A stretch of DNA of 63,902 bases, filler included, from Octopus bimaculoides (lineage: Eukaryota): assembly GCF_001194135.2 (NCBI RefSeq). It is 8 parts of 7 records of this genome, joined end to end, with 100 filler letters (N's around TTAATTAATTAA, not from the genome) between each part and the next. Parts side by side here need not be neighbours in the genome. Positions count along the whole stretch, not along the records: positions 22,082 to 46,542 come from NC_069000.1; positions 46,643 to 48,703 come from NC_068991.1; positions 48,804 to 50,628 come from NW_026311947.1; positions 50,729 to 57,690 come from NC_069002.1; 4 more parts are not named here. One strand, written 5' to 3'. Positions 38,540 through 51,006 of the stretch are shown here, in pieces. The position numbers and the translations under genes were made by a program. The number at the start of each line of letters is the position of its first letter. The stretch's first letter is position 1. The notes beneath the pieces are model-generated. The model did not search any database and was not told the origin of the DNA. It saw only the letters and a list, made by a program, of their open reading frames with translations.

Positions 38540-39987
38540 ACCACATGCACACACATACATGTGTGCTCACGTACACACAGACATTGATGCTAAGGGACGC
38601 TAATACACATATACACGCACAGAAACTCGCAAACATTAATAACCAGACACATACTGCCACACATACATACACAAACACAAACACACACACACGCACACAT
38701 ACACGAAGACACAAGTGTGGTGTCAGACACAGAAATACCTGCATATATGTACAAGCATGCATATACTTGTACACAATCATGCATACACATTATCCACATA
38801 TACGTCGATATACGCAGAAATTATCAGAAAGAGCCGCAGGCATGCTCACATATTCAAACACTCACAAATACACACACATCCAATGATATATAAACGCACA
38901 CACATGCATGCATACATGTATAAGCCTATATACAAATACACACACAAACACACATATACATACAAATATACAGACATACGTATCTACCTATTCACTCGAA
39001 TGGATAAGTACACATATAAATACTGCTGGAACAAATATTCATATAGTATTTAGTTTGTTTGTTTGGTATCGGCTGAGGATTCACTGAGATGCTACTCGGA
39101 GTTTCATGGACCTGTATAAATAAACGTTCGATCATTCTTGCAATTTTGTTTTAAATGACTCACGTTGTATGATTGTGTGAGCAGAGCACCATCATGGAAG
39201 GTTTTCTTTTTAATTGCATTTACGGTGAGTGCAAGATAATTTTATTCTATATCGTCTTATGATGTAGCATTATGATGCTACAAATGCTCAGTAAATGACA
39301 ATAAAGGGCAATGTTTGCTAAGTGGGAAGTTTCGGTGATTTCTAAAGTTACAAGATGGCAGTAAGGATAGGAACTGTCTTCGTGTTTGTATTCTTCTGTG
39401 GTGTGTGATCTGGGAAGCCATGTTATTTGATAACAAGAAGCTGACATTAAAGTTATTGGAGTTGAAGAGTTTGATGTATTTGAGAATCAAAGGAAAATAT
39501 ATTAAATACAGAGAAATTCTTGTTATATGGATGAATATGATAATGTTGTGTGGTGAATTAATCCACATTAGTCGCCTCTTCCTGATTCTGGTACAGGCCT
39601 TGTATACTGGTCTTTCGCAAAAGTCACTTCTAGCTGCTATATTGTTATAGTAACGAAGTGTATGAGACGTCTTGGCGCAGCTGTTTTGGCGCCGACTACT
39701 TGGCATCGTTGATTCGACGCTGACTTGTTTGACAACAGACACTTTAATATTTCTTTCGTCATTTCCCGCCTCTCCTACTTCTGTGTGTGTGTGTGTGTCA
39801 AAGAGAGAGAGAGGCAGAAAGAGTTTATTTATGTGCATGGGGAAACGGAAAATTGTTTATGTCAGTCGTCTTCAATTAACAAATTATAAAACCTCTCACC
39901 CTTCTCCCTCTCTCTTCCTCTTCCTCTTTCTCTCCTTCTCTCCTCACCCTCTTTCTCTCTCACACACGCTTTGTTTATGTGTGAGTA

Positions 39988-40190
39988 TATTTCTATTTAT
40001 GTGTACGAGAAGAGGAAAATTGTTTATGTCAGATCTGCTCAATTAATAAATTGAAATGTTACTCTGTTACTCACTCTCTTTCTATCACATATTGAAAGAG
40101 AGAGTGAGTGGTAGAGTAACATTACAATTTATTAATTAAGCAGATCTGACATAAGCAATTTTCCTCTTCTCATACACAAAAATAGAAATA
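39988..40190. repeat. Long fold-back: ~95-bp inverted arms, ~11-nt loop
   Basis: tatttctatttatgtgtacgagaagaggaaaattgtttatgtcagatctgctcaattaataaattgaaatgttactctgttactcactctctttc pairs with ~40094-40190 with scattered mismatches. An older direct copy of the arm start lies at ~39825-39885. Confidence 0.9.
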
Positions 40191-41096
40191 CACCCACACA
40201 TATTCACGCATGCATGCATGCATGCGTATGTGTGTATTTGTAACTATTTGCCTCTAGCACCACAAAATCCTGTCACCAAGACAGGCTGAATGCTCAGCCA
40301 GTCGGATCAAATAGTCAGCCTCCTAACAGCTGCGCCCAATTGTCTCATTCAGAGTAATGAAATCCATGGTAAAGAAATCCCTGTCTAACGATAAATCACA
40401 TACTCAGCCACATATTCTGACAGCCAGATTCTTAATTACGGCTTGGCTGATGTTGGTTGGATTTTTTGCGTTCGTGTATGCTACCTCGTTTGGTTTCTGT
40501 GGGGATAATATTTGCCCGTGTGCAATTTTGATTTTATGTCTAAAATGATTAGTTAGCGCTAATGGTTATGCGTCAATCAAATTTTATTTATATCCCTATT
40601 AGCTCGTTTTTAAATCTCTTCTTAGCGTGGTCATTCATGCTTTATATGGTTGCTAAGCCTTCATCTCAGTAATGCCGGCAATTGGTTACCTAAGCTTTGA
40701 CACAAATAGCTATTGAAAAGTCGACAAAAAAGGTTCACGATCATTTGAACCCAATAAAGAAATATTGATTTCAAATTTTGGCACATGGCCAGCAATTTTG
40801 GGGGAGAGGATAAGTTGATCACATCGACCCCAGTGTGTAACTAGTATTAATTTATCGACCCCGAAAGGATGAAAGGCATAGTCGACAATGGCGGAATTTG
40901 AACTCAGAACGCAAAGGCGGGCGAAATTACTTGTCTCCTAAAATCAGGCATAACTTGGCAATCGGTCGACTTACTACAGCGTTTTTCGTCTTGAGTTTAC
41001 TTGGTAGATTGCGTTTGTTAACTTGACAACAAGGTCAAAGTGAGCTGTGATTGGCTGTGAAGTTCTGAGAGAGTTCAGGAAGAGATAGATAGATAA

Positions 41097-41139
<43 letters not shown>

Positions 41140-41289
41140 AGAGAGAGAGAGAAGAGAGAGAGAGAGAAGAGAGAGAGATATCAGCACTCAGACATACAAA
41201 CACACATATATGTATACATCCATTTGTAAGTATGTAATGTGATAAACCACTTATATAATATTGATACATATATACACACCTTTGCCTGC

Positions 41290-41337
<48 letters not shown>

Positions 41338-41347
41338 NNNNNNNNNN

Positions 41348-41383
<36 letters not shown>

Positions 41384-42004
41384 GTACATGTACATGTATA
41401 TATGCACCCACACACACGCACATCTTGTAGTGATAAAACAGATGGAGCATATTTGCACAATGCTACTAAGCCAGGTAATAAATAAGTCGGTGAATGTTAT
41501 CGAGGATTTAGGTGCCAAATAAATATCGTTCAACAGTCGTACAAACAAAAAGATAAATACAGGAATATAGAACAAAGCAAGAAACGAGTGCTTTATTCTC
41601 CGCCTTTTATCCTACATTACTGCACAGAACCACTAATGATATATGGTCTATACACACGTGCATATATATATATATGTGTGTCTGTATATACGTTCTTAGA
41701 CACATACATACGAGTAAACATACGTATGCATGTATATGTTACCGTATGTTTCTTTTCATATTTTAGTTAATCATTATGTGTGCGTGGGTGTATATGTTCG
41801 CGTGTGTGTATGCATGTATGTATTTATACATTTATGAATGTATATGTACATGTATACATATGTGTTTTGCATATCTATATTTATGTATATGGTGTGAAGA
41901 CAAATTACATGGTAAAAAAAGCTATAGATAGATAGACAGATAGATAGACAGATAGATAGATAGTTATAAATATGGATACGTGGGCCAAATACGTTCATAT
42001 ATGA

Positions 42005-42060
<56 letters not shown>

Positions 42061-42472
42061 GTATATGTTTATATATATATATATGCTAGTATGTATGAAT
42101 GCATATATGCATATACGTATATGTTGGTGTGCCGCCATGTGTGCACATGTGGANNNNNNNNNNNNNNNNNNNNNNNNNNNNNNNNNNNNNNNNNNNNNNN
42201 NNNNNNNNNNNNNNNNNNNNNNNNNNNNNNNNNNNNNNNNNNNNNNNNNNNNNNNNNNNNNNNNNNNNNNNNNNNNNNNNNNNNNNNNNNNNNNNNNNNN
42301 NNNNNNNNNNNNNNNNNNNNNNNNNNNNNNNNNNNNNNNNNNNNNNNNNNNNNNNNNNNNNNNNNNNNNNNNNNNNNNNNNNNNNNNNNNNNNNNNNNNN
42401 NNNNNNNNNNNNNNNNNNNNNNNNNNNNNNNNNNNNNNNNNNNNNNNNNNNNNNNNNNNNNNNNNNNNNNNN

Positions 42473-42562
<90 letters not shown>

Positions 42563-43271
42563 GTATATGTTTATATATATATATATGCTAGTATGTATGA
42601 ATGCATATATGCATATACGTATATGTTGGTGTGCCGCCATGTGTGCACATGTGGATGGGTTGGGAGACGTGCATTGGTATGCGTACGCTGGTATGCGTCT
42701 GAGCCGCGAGTAATGGTATGCGTGTGTGTGCGTGTGTGTGTGTGTTTGAGGTTGGGCATGTGTGTTTCCGTATGTGTGTGAGTGTGCGCTTGTATATGTG
42801 CACGTGTGAGTGTATGTGTGTGCGGTAGTATGAATTGCGGGAGGCTGACAAATCAATCCAGAATGTTGCTGACGTCACGTGGTGTGCATCCTACTTTAGA
42901 GTTATTGTGCTTTTATCTGTTGTTGGTTCACTCGGTGTGTGTAGATGATTAACAGATTCCAGTCGTGATATTGTACAGGCACCCATGCACATACACACGT
43001 ACACGCATATATGTATGTATATAGATTGTATATGTATCCATGTATATATATATATATATATATATATGGTTAATTACGTATCTATATATATATATATATA
43101 TATGTACATGAATGTGGATATATAAATATGTGTGCGTGTGGATATACATACATAGATATAAACATCCACATACAGTATCTGACCTATATAATACCTATAT
43201 AATATATGTGTGTGTGTTTAGATGTGCGTTGTTTCTGTATGTTTAAACGTATACTTAAATGCGTGTGTGTG

Positions 43272-43364
<93 letters not shown>

Positions 43365-43827
43365 GTACGCAGAGGTAACTAGGTCAAAAGCGTGTATAGC
43401 AACTCGGATACCGTCAGGGAATCGGTGTTTTTTATTCTCGTAGCAAAGTTACAGCACGCGCGCATACACCCGCGTGTGCGCACACATACCCACAGACACA
43501 TTAAACCCGCACATAACAGACACATTTACAGATCTTTTTGCAAATACATATCGTTGGTATTCTGTTAAACCGTCGAATGTCCAAATTTGCCCAAATGCGT
43601 TATTTTTTTTTTTTTTCAGTATTTAATTTTGCTTTCAATAACCGGTTCTTTTTGTTAAACTATCGTATCTCCAGCTGCTTCAGATGCCAAGATATGAAAA
43701 TTGTCAAAGTGTAGCACAAGGGTCCTACATACGACAGTTTTGCAACAATATTTCTCACAGAAAACACCATACATGAATGGATTTACCATTTTATGCGCCC
43801 AACAAAGTATTATTGTCAAGCTGAAAC

Positions 43828-44115
43828 TCTTTTACTCTTTTACTTGTTTCAGTCATTTGACTGTGGCCATGCTGGAGCACCGCTTTTAGTCGAGCAAATC
43901 GACCCCAGGACTTATTCTTTGTAAGGACTTATTCTATCGGTCTCTTTTGCCGAACCGCTAAGTTACGAGGACGTAAGCACACCTGCATTGTCAAGTGATG
44001 TTGGGGGGACAAACATAGACACACAAACATATAAACACACATACATATATACGACGGGCTTCTTTCAGTTTCCATCTACTAAATCCACTCACAAGGCTTT
44101 GGTCGGCCCGAGGTT
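43828..44115 (-). mobile_element. SINE family A copy
   Basis: ttcagtcatttgactgtggccatgctggagcaccgc...gacgggcttctttcagtttcc...aaatccactcacaaggctttggtcggcccgagg is the reverse of the family A body. Confidence 0.85.
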
Positions 44116-45197
44116 GTAGGACCAGAATGCAAGGTATAAAGTCAGGGGTCTTCATCTCCGGCCCTGGAATACTTTACTATTTCAGGAATGGGGGGGGGAG
44201 AGAATGTAAAGAANNNNNNNNNNNNNNNNNNNNNNNNNNNNNNNNNNNNNNNNNNNNNNNNNNNNNNNNNNNNNNNNNNNNNNNNNNNNNNNNNNNNNNN
44301 NNNNNNNNNNNNNNNNNNNNNNNNNNNNNNNNNNNNNNNNNNNNNNNNNNNNNNNNNNNNNNNNNNNNNNNNNNNNNNNNNNNNNNNNNNNNNNNNNNNN
44401 NNNNNNNNNNNNNNNNNNNNNNNNNNNNNNNNNNNNNNNNNNNNNNNNNNNNNNNNNNNNNNNNNNNNNNNNNNNNNNNNNNNNNNNNNNNNNNNNNNNN
44501 NNNNNNNNNNNNNNNNNNNNNNNNNNNNNNNNNNNNNNNNNNNNNNNNNNNNNNNNNNNNNNNNNNNNNNNNNNNNNNNNNNNNNNNNNNNNNNNNNNNN
44601 NNNNNNNNNNNNNNNNNNNNNNNNNNNNNNNNNNNNNNNNNNNNNNNNNNNNNNNNNNNNNNNNNNNNNNNNNNNNNNNNNNNNNNNNNNNNNNNNNNNN
44701 NNNNNNNNNNNNNNNNNNNNNNNNNNNNNNNNNNNNNNNNNNNNNNNNNNNNNNNNNNNNNNNNNNNNNNNNNNNNNNNNNNNNNNNNNNNNNNNNNNNN
44801 NNNNNNNNNNNNNNNNNNNNNNNNNNNNNNNNNNNNNNNNNNNNNNNNNNNNNNNNNNNNNNNNNNNNNNNNNNNNNNNNNNNNNNNNNNNNNNNNNNNN
44901 NNNNNNNNNNNNNNNNNNNNNNNNNNNNNNNNNNNNNNNNNNNNNNNNNNNNNNNNNNNNNNNNNNNNNNNNNNNNNNNNNNNNNNNNNNNNNNNNNNNN
45001 NNNNNNNNNNNNNNNNNNNNNNNNNNNNNNNNNNNNNNNNNNNNNNNNNNNNNNNNNNNNNNNNNNNNNNNNNNNNNNNNNNNNNNNNNNNNNNNNNNNN
45101 NNNNNNNNNNNNNNNNNNNCAGCATCTTGAATATTCATAACAGAGAAAGAGAAGAGAAAAATTAAAACATGAGAGGGGGGGGTGAGTGTTATGTATC

Positions 45198-45249
<52 letters not shown>

Positions 45250-45260
45250 CAGAGATAGAT

Positions 45261-45297
<37 letters not shown>

Positions 45298-46642
45298 CAG
45301 ATAGATAAGACAGACAGCAACAACTATAGGTACAACAGGAATATTTCTAATACTACGTCAGTTACTACCACTACTACTACTATTACTGCTGCTGCTTCTG
45401 ATGTGAATACTTGGGAAGAAAAGGCGGTAAAAAGGGAAAAAAGAAGCGCGCGTGCCAATCCCCAAATTAGGTCGAAGATGGGTAAAAGGGTGTAAAGGAA
45501 ATGAAAAGGATGGAGAGGAAGAGAGGGAGAGTAAGGGGGTGTGGAGAAGGAGAGCTGTGTTTACTCGTGTCACACACACACACACACATACATATATACA
45601 CACTGAGGCATATATACAGAAATCTGGGTGCGTGTGTGTGTGTGTGTGTTTGCAATGTATGTAATGTGTGTCTATATATTCGTATATGCATCCACCCAGA
45701 CTTACACACATACATATATATATATATGTGTGTGTGTGTGTGTATGTGCGTGAGTGTATACACTCACATGCACGCACACACGCACGAGCAACACACACGA
45801 ATACACACATACACAGACATATACTCATGCACGCAACGTACACACATGTGTACGCAGACATACACATCTGCTCACACAGACACACACGTTTACAGTACGA
45901 TGAGTCAGTACAGTTACATTCATATTTTAAGATGTCAATTTTTATTTATTTCTTTATCTTCAGACACACCCACTTCTTCCCCTCCTCCTCCTCGTCCTAC
46001 TCTTACTCATACCTCTCCTACTCCTTTTACTTCTTTTTCGCTTCGTCCTTCTTTTCCTCTTCTCTTCTCTTCTACTTCGTCTTCTTCTTGTTCGTGTTCA
46101 AGTTATAGTCTTCATCCTTGCGCCGCCTCTCACTCACAGCCACCTCCAACCAACCCCCGTCAACGTAAGCTCTCTCACTTCCTCTCCGCCGCTTTGCTTA
46201 CCTTCCCTCTCGGTCCCTACTGCCCTCCATCACACCGCACGACTCCAAGCTATGTTCATGTTGCTGTGATTTTGTTTTTCTGCCTAAATGCATATACATC
46301 CATCCATACATACATACAGACATACATGCATACATACATGCATACACACATGCATACATTCATACATGCAAATATACGTAGAGACATACATGCGTACATA
46401 CACGCGCAGTGTTGCTGGTTTCTATTGGGGATTTGTAGGTGGATGCACGTGTGCTTACGCCTAAGTGTCGGCCAACGCAAGCACGCGCATCATGTATACA
46501 CATGTGTTGATATATACAAATATATATATATATATATATATANNNNNNNNNNNNNNNNNNNNNNNNNNNNNNNNNNNNNNNNNNNNTTAATTAATTAANN
46601 NNNNNNNNNNNNNNNNNNNNNNNNNNNNNNNNNNNNNNNNNN

Positions 46643-46830
46643 ACTGTGTAGTAATGCCTCACGCTTCGAGGGACTAAATAAAGACCCTCGAAGTGTGAGG
46701 CATTACTACACAGTTAATGCCCTTTATATAAATTATATATATTTATGAAAAAAATGATGAATTTTTTTCATTATGAGGTTTTTTTCTCGCTGACTACTTG
46801 ATAAATTCTTATAAAGATTTTATCCTATAT

Positions 46831-46866
<36 letters not shown>

Positions 46867-46955
46867 CTCGCATTCGGTACTAAAAAAATGTGTTGTTTTA
46901 TTTTGAGAAGTCCAGTGTGTGGCATTATTATTCTGTAGTAATGCCCCTTATATAA
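46643..46955 (+). repeat. Second and partial third copy of the fold-back family
   Basis: 30-bp arms at 46643-46672 / 46685-46714 (1 mismatch), then taatgccctttatataaa and the shared downstream segment. A third terminal hairpin ggcatt...aatgcc-ctttatataaa lies at 46921-46955. Confidence 0.8.
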
Positions 46956-47092
46956 ATATATATATGTATATATATATATATATTAATAGTAATAGTATGA
47001 CAACAAAAGGATGAATGAGATTTCGATGTTATGTAAATAGAGGAATTTATCTGCAATATAATATGTGACAATTATTGGATTGCCTTAATAAA

Positions 47093-47181
47093 ACACCGAG
47101 TGTCTTCTACTATAACCTCGGGCCGACCAAATTCCTTGTGAGGGAATTTATTTGTTAGACGGAAACTGAAAGAAGCCTGAC

Positions 47182-47255
<74 letters not shown>

Positions 47256-47445
47256 ACCCCACCATGGCTTGACAACCCATGTTGGTGTGCCTACGTCCCT
47301 GTAACTTAGCGGTTCAACAGAAGAAGCTGATAGAATAAGCAACAGGCTTATAAAGAATAAGCCCAGGGGTCGATTTCTTCGACTAAAAGGCGGTGCTCCA
47401 GCATGGCCGCAGTGAATTGACTGAAACAAATAAAAGAATAAAAGA
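47093..47445 (+). mobile_element. SINE family A copy with internal (TG)n
   Basis: gtgtcttctactataacctcgggccgacc...ggaaactgaaagaagcc-(TG)n-...ggcggtgctccagcatggccgcag...aaagaat tail. Confidence 0.85.
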
Positions 47446-47520
47446 ACAACAATAGCTATAACAATATCAACTATCTATAACAACAACTATAACAGCTTTG
47501 ATGACAACAACAACAATAAT

Positions 47521-47902
47521 AACAAGAACACTCAGAGAGCGCAAACCTCCGCCAAGGTCACACCAATGTCCTCTCAAAGATTAGCCAGAGAGGATTCTTA
47601 AAATGAGAATATCTGAAATAAACTCGACTGCTCTCACAAATGAGAATACTAAAAATGAACCCGACAGCTCTCAAAAATTAAGTAAAAAAAAAAAAACCAA
47701 CAAAAAAAAACAGGGAAAATAATCCAGAATCTTTGTCCGGTACCAGATCGATCCCAAAATCTAATCAGTTCGTGCCAGTCAAGAGGCCAAACATCCCAGA
47801 AAGTTTCATGCGAATCCATCCAGCGGTTCTTGAGACATCTTGTCCACGGACAAACAAATACGACTGAAAACAATACCTCTGCCTAAGCGAAGGTGGAGGT
47901 AA
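47521..47902. mobile_element. Non-autonomous Helentron/DINE-like element (sub-terminal repeat + terminal hairpin)
   Basis: acctccgcc at 47545-47553 recurs as acctctgcc at 47875-47883, which pairs with ggtggaggt at 47892-47900. Classification is by architecture only. Confidence 0.5.
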
Positions 47903-48454
47903 CGAGAACTAATAGAAGAACTATAACAAAAATAATAACATTAACAACAATAACAACAGCTATACTAGTGACACCAACACCGAAAATTGACGTTGGTGTC
48001 GCTGGTGTAAGCTTGTAGAGAAGGCAGAAGACTCACAAGTAGCCGGTGGATGAAGGAGGGGCGAGGATGGGTGAGGTGGGAGGATGATGGAGACAGGAAG
48101 TACGGATGGACATGCGAAATAATGGATTTGTCACTCATTATAATGGTTGCCGTCACCATCCCCATCGTCATCATCAGCTCTATCATCACCGTCGTCGTCA
48201 TCATCATCATCATCATCATCATCATCAACACCGTCATCGTTATCGTTGTGAACAACCACCACAGCTATCATCGTCATCATCATCATTATCATCCTCCTCC
48301 TCCTCCTCATCATCATCATCGTAAACATCATCATCGTCATTTTCATCAGATTTTCTCAGTTGATCCAATCAACAGAACAGCTTGCTCGTGAGATTCACGT
48401 GCAAGTGGCTGAGCACTCCACAGACATGCGTACCCCTTCACATACTTCTCAGGG

Positions 48455-48670
48455 AGGAACGTTAGCACGCCGCGCGAAATGCTTAGTGGTATTTCGTCTG
48501 CCGCTACGTTCTGAGTTCAAATTCCGCCGAGGTCGACTTTGCCTTTCATCCTTTCGGGGTCGATTAAACGAGTACCAGTTACGCACTGGGGTCGATATAA
48601 TCGACTTAATCCGTTTGTCTGTCCTTGTTTGTCCCCTCTGTGTGTAGCCCCTTGTGGGTAGTAAAGAAAT
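48455..48670 (+). mobile_element. tRNA-derived SINE family B
   Basis: cgttagcacgccgcgcgaaatgcttagtggtatttcg...gagttcaaattccgccgaggtcgactttgcctttcatcctttcggggtcgat. Related copies at ~6307-6490(-), 15900-16045(+), 16520-16720(-), 26280-26420(+), 40765-40925(-), 50420-50590(-), 54910-55035(+). Confidence 0.85.
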
Positions 48671-49069
48671 AATACTTCCCAGGGAGATTCAACGTGACAC
48701 AGANNNNNNNNNNNNNNNNNNNNNNNNNNNNNNNNNNNNNNNNNNNNTTAATTAATTAANNNNNNNNNNNNNNNNNNNNNNNNNNNNNNNNNNNNNNNNN
48801 NNNTGTATGTATGTATGTATGTATCTTTGTTATGAAATTTATAATTTCAATATTGAAATTATTTATCTATATGCATATCAATCCATCTCTCTATTGATCT
48901 CTCAATGCATATGTATGTGTGTACGTATATCATATATATAGAGAGAAGGGTGAGAGGAAGTGAGTGAGAAGAGGAGATTAAGAGAAGGGGAGTGAGAGGG
49001 GGGAAGGGAGCGAGATGGGGAGAGAGAGGAGAGAGAGTAAATGATTGACAGACAGACAGACAGACAGAC

Positions 49070-49108
<39 letters not shown>

Positions 49109-49117
49109 CAGATAGAC

Positions 49118-49159
<42 letters not shown>

Positions 49160-49180
49160 GGAAAAAAAATATCGACCTAC

Positions 49181-49437
49181 CTAAATACAGCAGTTTCATA
49201 CATCCAGCTATTGCAACCGCCCCCTTTTCTGGGGGTAAAAACGGGGAATGTCCAGAGACCAAACCATCCTACAGAGTGGACGGTGTTGTTGGAGAATATA
49301 CCCAGAGGTACATTACGGGGACAAACAGAACTTGTGAAAGATGGTCCTCCTGGATTCTTTAGCATTCGATACCAGAATCCAAAATGTGACCCTCCAGCAA
49401 CGGCGTTATGGCGCACAATGTTATTGGGGTTGGTTAT
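49181..49437 (-). CDS. PKHD1L1: Internal coding exon of a fibrocystin-L / PKHD1L1-like gene (region following the first G8 domain, PbH1 beta-helix repeats)
   Basis: Minus-strand translation ITNPNNIVRHNAVAGGSHFGFWYRMLKNPGGPSFTSSVCPRNVPLGIFSNNTVHSVGWFGLWTFPVFTPRKGGGCNSWMYETAVF. As I recall it, vertebrate PKHD1L1 reads VTNPNNTIRHNAVAGGTHFGFWYRMNNHPDGPSYDRNICQKRVPLGEFFNNTVHSQGWFGMWIF. Acceptor ctgctttttgttgtcttttctag|ATA (AG at 49439-49438); donor TTTAG|gtaggt (GT at 49180-49179); 257 nt, phase 0 to phase 2. Symbol denotes homology, not proven orthology. Confidence 0.88.
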
Positions 49438-50837
49438 CTAGAAAAGACAACAAAAAGCAGACGATAGATAGTCAGCGTCAGTTGGAATCTTTTAACGTTT
49501 TCTTTTTTTTTTTTTTCGCTTGCGGTGGAGTAGGATTTCTTGGTGAGTATTAGAAAATGTATGTTGTTTCTGTGAGTAATATATTATGTGCCTACGTGTG
49601 TGTGTATATGTATTTTATGTATTTTGTATAATGCACCTAATGTNNNNNNNNNNNNNNNNNNNNNNNNNNNNNNNNNNNNNNNNNNNNNNNNNNNNNNNNN
49701 NNNNNNNNNNNNNNNNNNNNNNNNNNNNNNNNNNNNNNNNNNNNNNNNNNNNNNNNNNNNNNNNNNNNNNNNNNNNNNNNNNNNNNNNNNNNNNNNNNNN
49801 NNNNNNNNNNNNNNNNNNNNNNNNNNNNNNNNNNNNNNNNNNNNNNNNNNNNNNNNNNNNNNNNNNNNNNNNNNNNNNNNNNNNNNNNNNNNNNNNNNNN
49901 NNNNNNNNNNNNNNNNNNNNNNNNNNNNNNNNNNNNNNNNNNNNNNNNNNNNNNNNNNNNNNNNNNNNNNNNNNNNNNNNNNNNNNNNNNNNNNNNNNNN
50001 NNNNNNNNNNNNNNNNNNNNNNNNNNNNNNNNNNNNNNNNNNNNNNNNNNNNNNNNNNNNNNNNNNNNNNNNNNNNNNNNNNNNNNNNNNNNNNNNNNNN
50101 NNNNNNNNNNNNNNNNNNNNNNNNNNNNNNNNNNNNNNNNNNNNNNNNNNNNNNNNNNNNNNNNNNNGAGAGAGGGAAAGCGAGAGAGAGAGAGAGAGGG
50201 AGAGAGAGGGAGAGAGGGGGAGAGAGCGAGAGCAACAGAGAGAGCGGGAAATAAGATTTAATTCGTATGCTTACAGCCGTTTCATAATTCATTTCTCCTG
50301 GATTTTGACTATTATTATTATATATTCCACAGAATTAATATTACAGTTAATGTTTACTGAATTTTCAGGTGCGTAGTCACGTTAAATTGCCTTACAAAAT
50401 TTAATTACTGTGTATCCTGAGAGGGCTAGCTGATTACATCGACCCCAGTACTCAACTGGTACTTAATTCATCGACCCCGAAAGGATGAAAGGCAAAGTCG
50501 ACCTCGGCTGCGGAATTTGAACTCAGAACGCAAAGACGGACAAAACCGCAAAGCATTTTACCTGGCGTGCTAACGACTCTGCCAGCGCACTGTCTTAATA
50601 ACCACAATAATAATCCTGAAACTTTGGGNNNNNNNNNNNNNNNNNNNNNNNNNNNNNNNNNNNNNNNNNNNNTTAATTAATTAANNNNNNNNNNNNNNNN
50701 NNNNNNNNNNNNNNNNNNNNNNNNNNNNTTATGTGAAGGAAGGACATCTTAGATAATGTAGTTTTGCATAATCCTAAAAAGCTGGACATAGGGGCTGGAC
50801 TGATTTTCATTATTGCCCTGCATGATCAGTTCTATAT

Positions 50838-50939
50838 ATGCCCACGGGTATATGGCGCAGTGGTTAAGATTGCGGCCTATTAAACCCCAGATTCCGAGTT
50901 CGATTCCAAGCAGTGACCTGAATAATGATGATGATGATG

Positions 50940-51005
<66 letters not shown>
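50838..51005 (+). mobile_element. Second copy of the short tRNA-head + (TAA/TGA)n element
   Basis: tatggcgcagtggttaag ... agattccgagttcgattccaagcagtgacctgaataat aligns by eye with 3085-3160. Confidence 0.65.

Positions 51006-51006
<1 letters not shown>

Noticed and set aside
41996-42653. Duplicated block on both sides of a gap
   Set aside because: Same pattern: identical sequence flanking an N run; probable assembly artefact.
43670-43790. Minus-strand ..FCEK..LHFDNFHILASEAAG, reminiscent of the next PKHD1L1 exon (CQKG..LQFHNFVMVNNYEAG)
   Set aside because: Motif spacing is wrong, the conserved W/GAE residues are absent, and there are no credible splice sites in the required phase.
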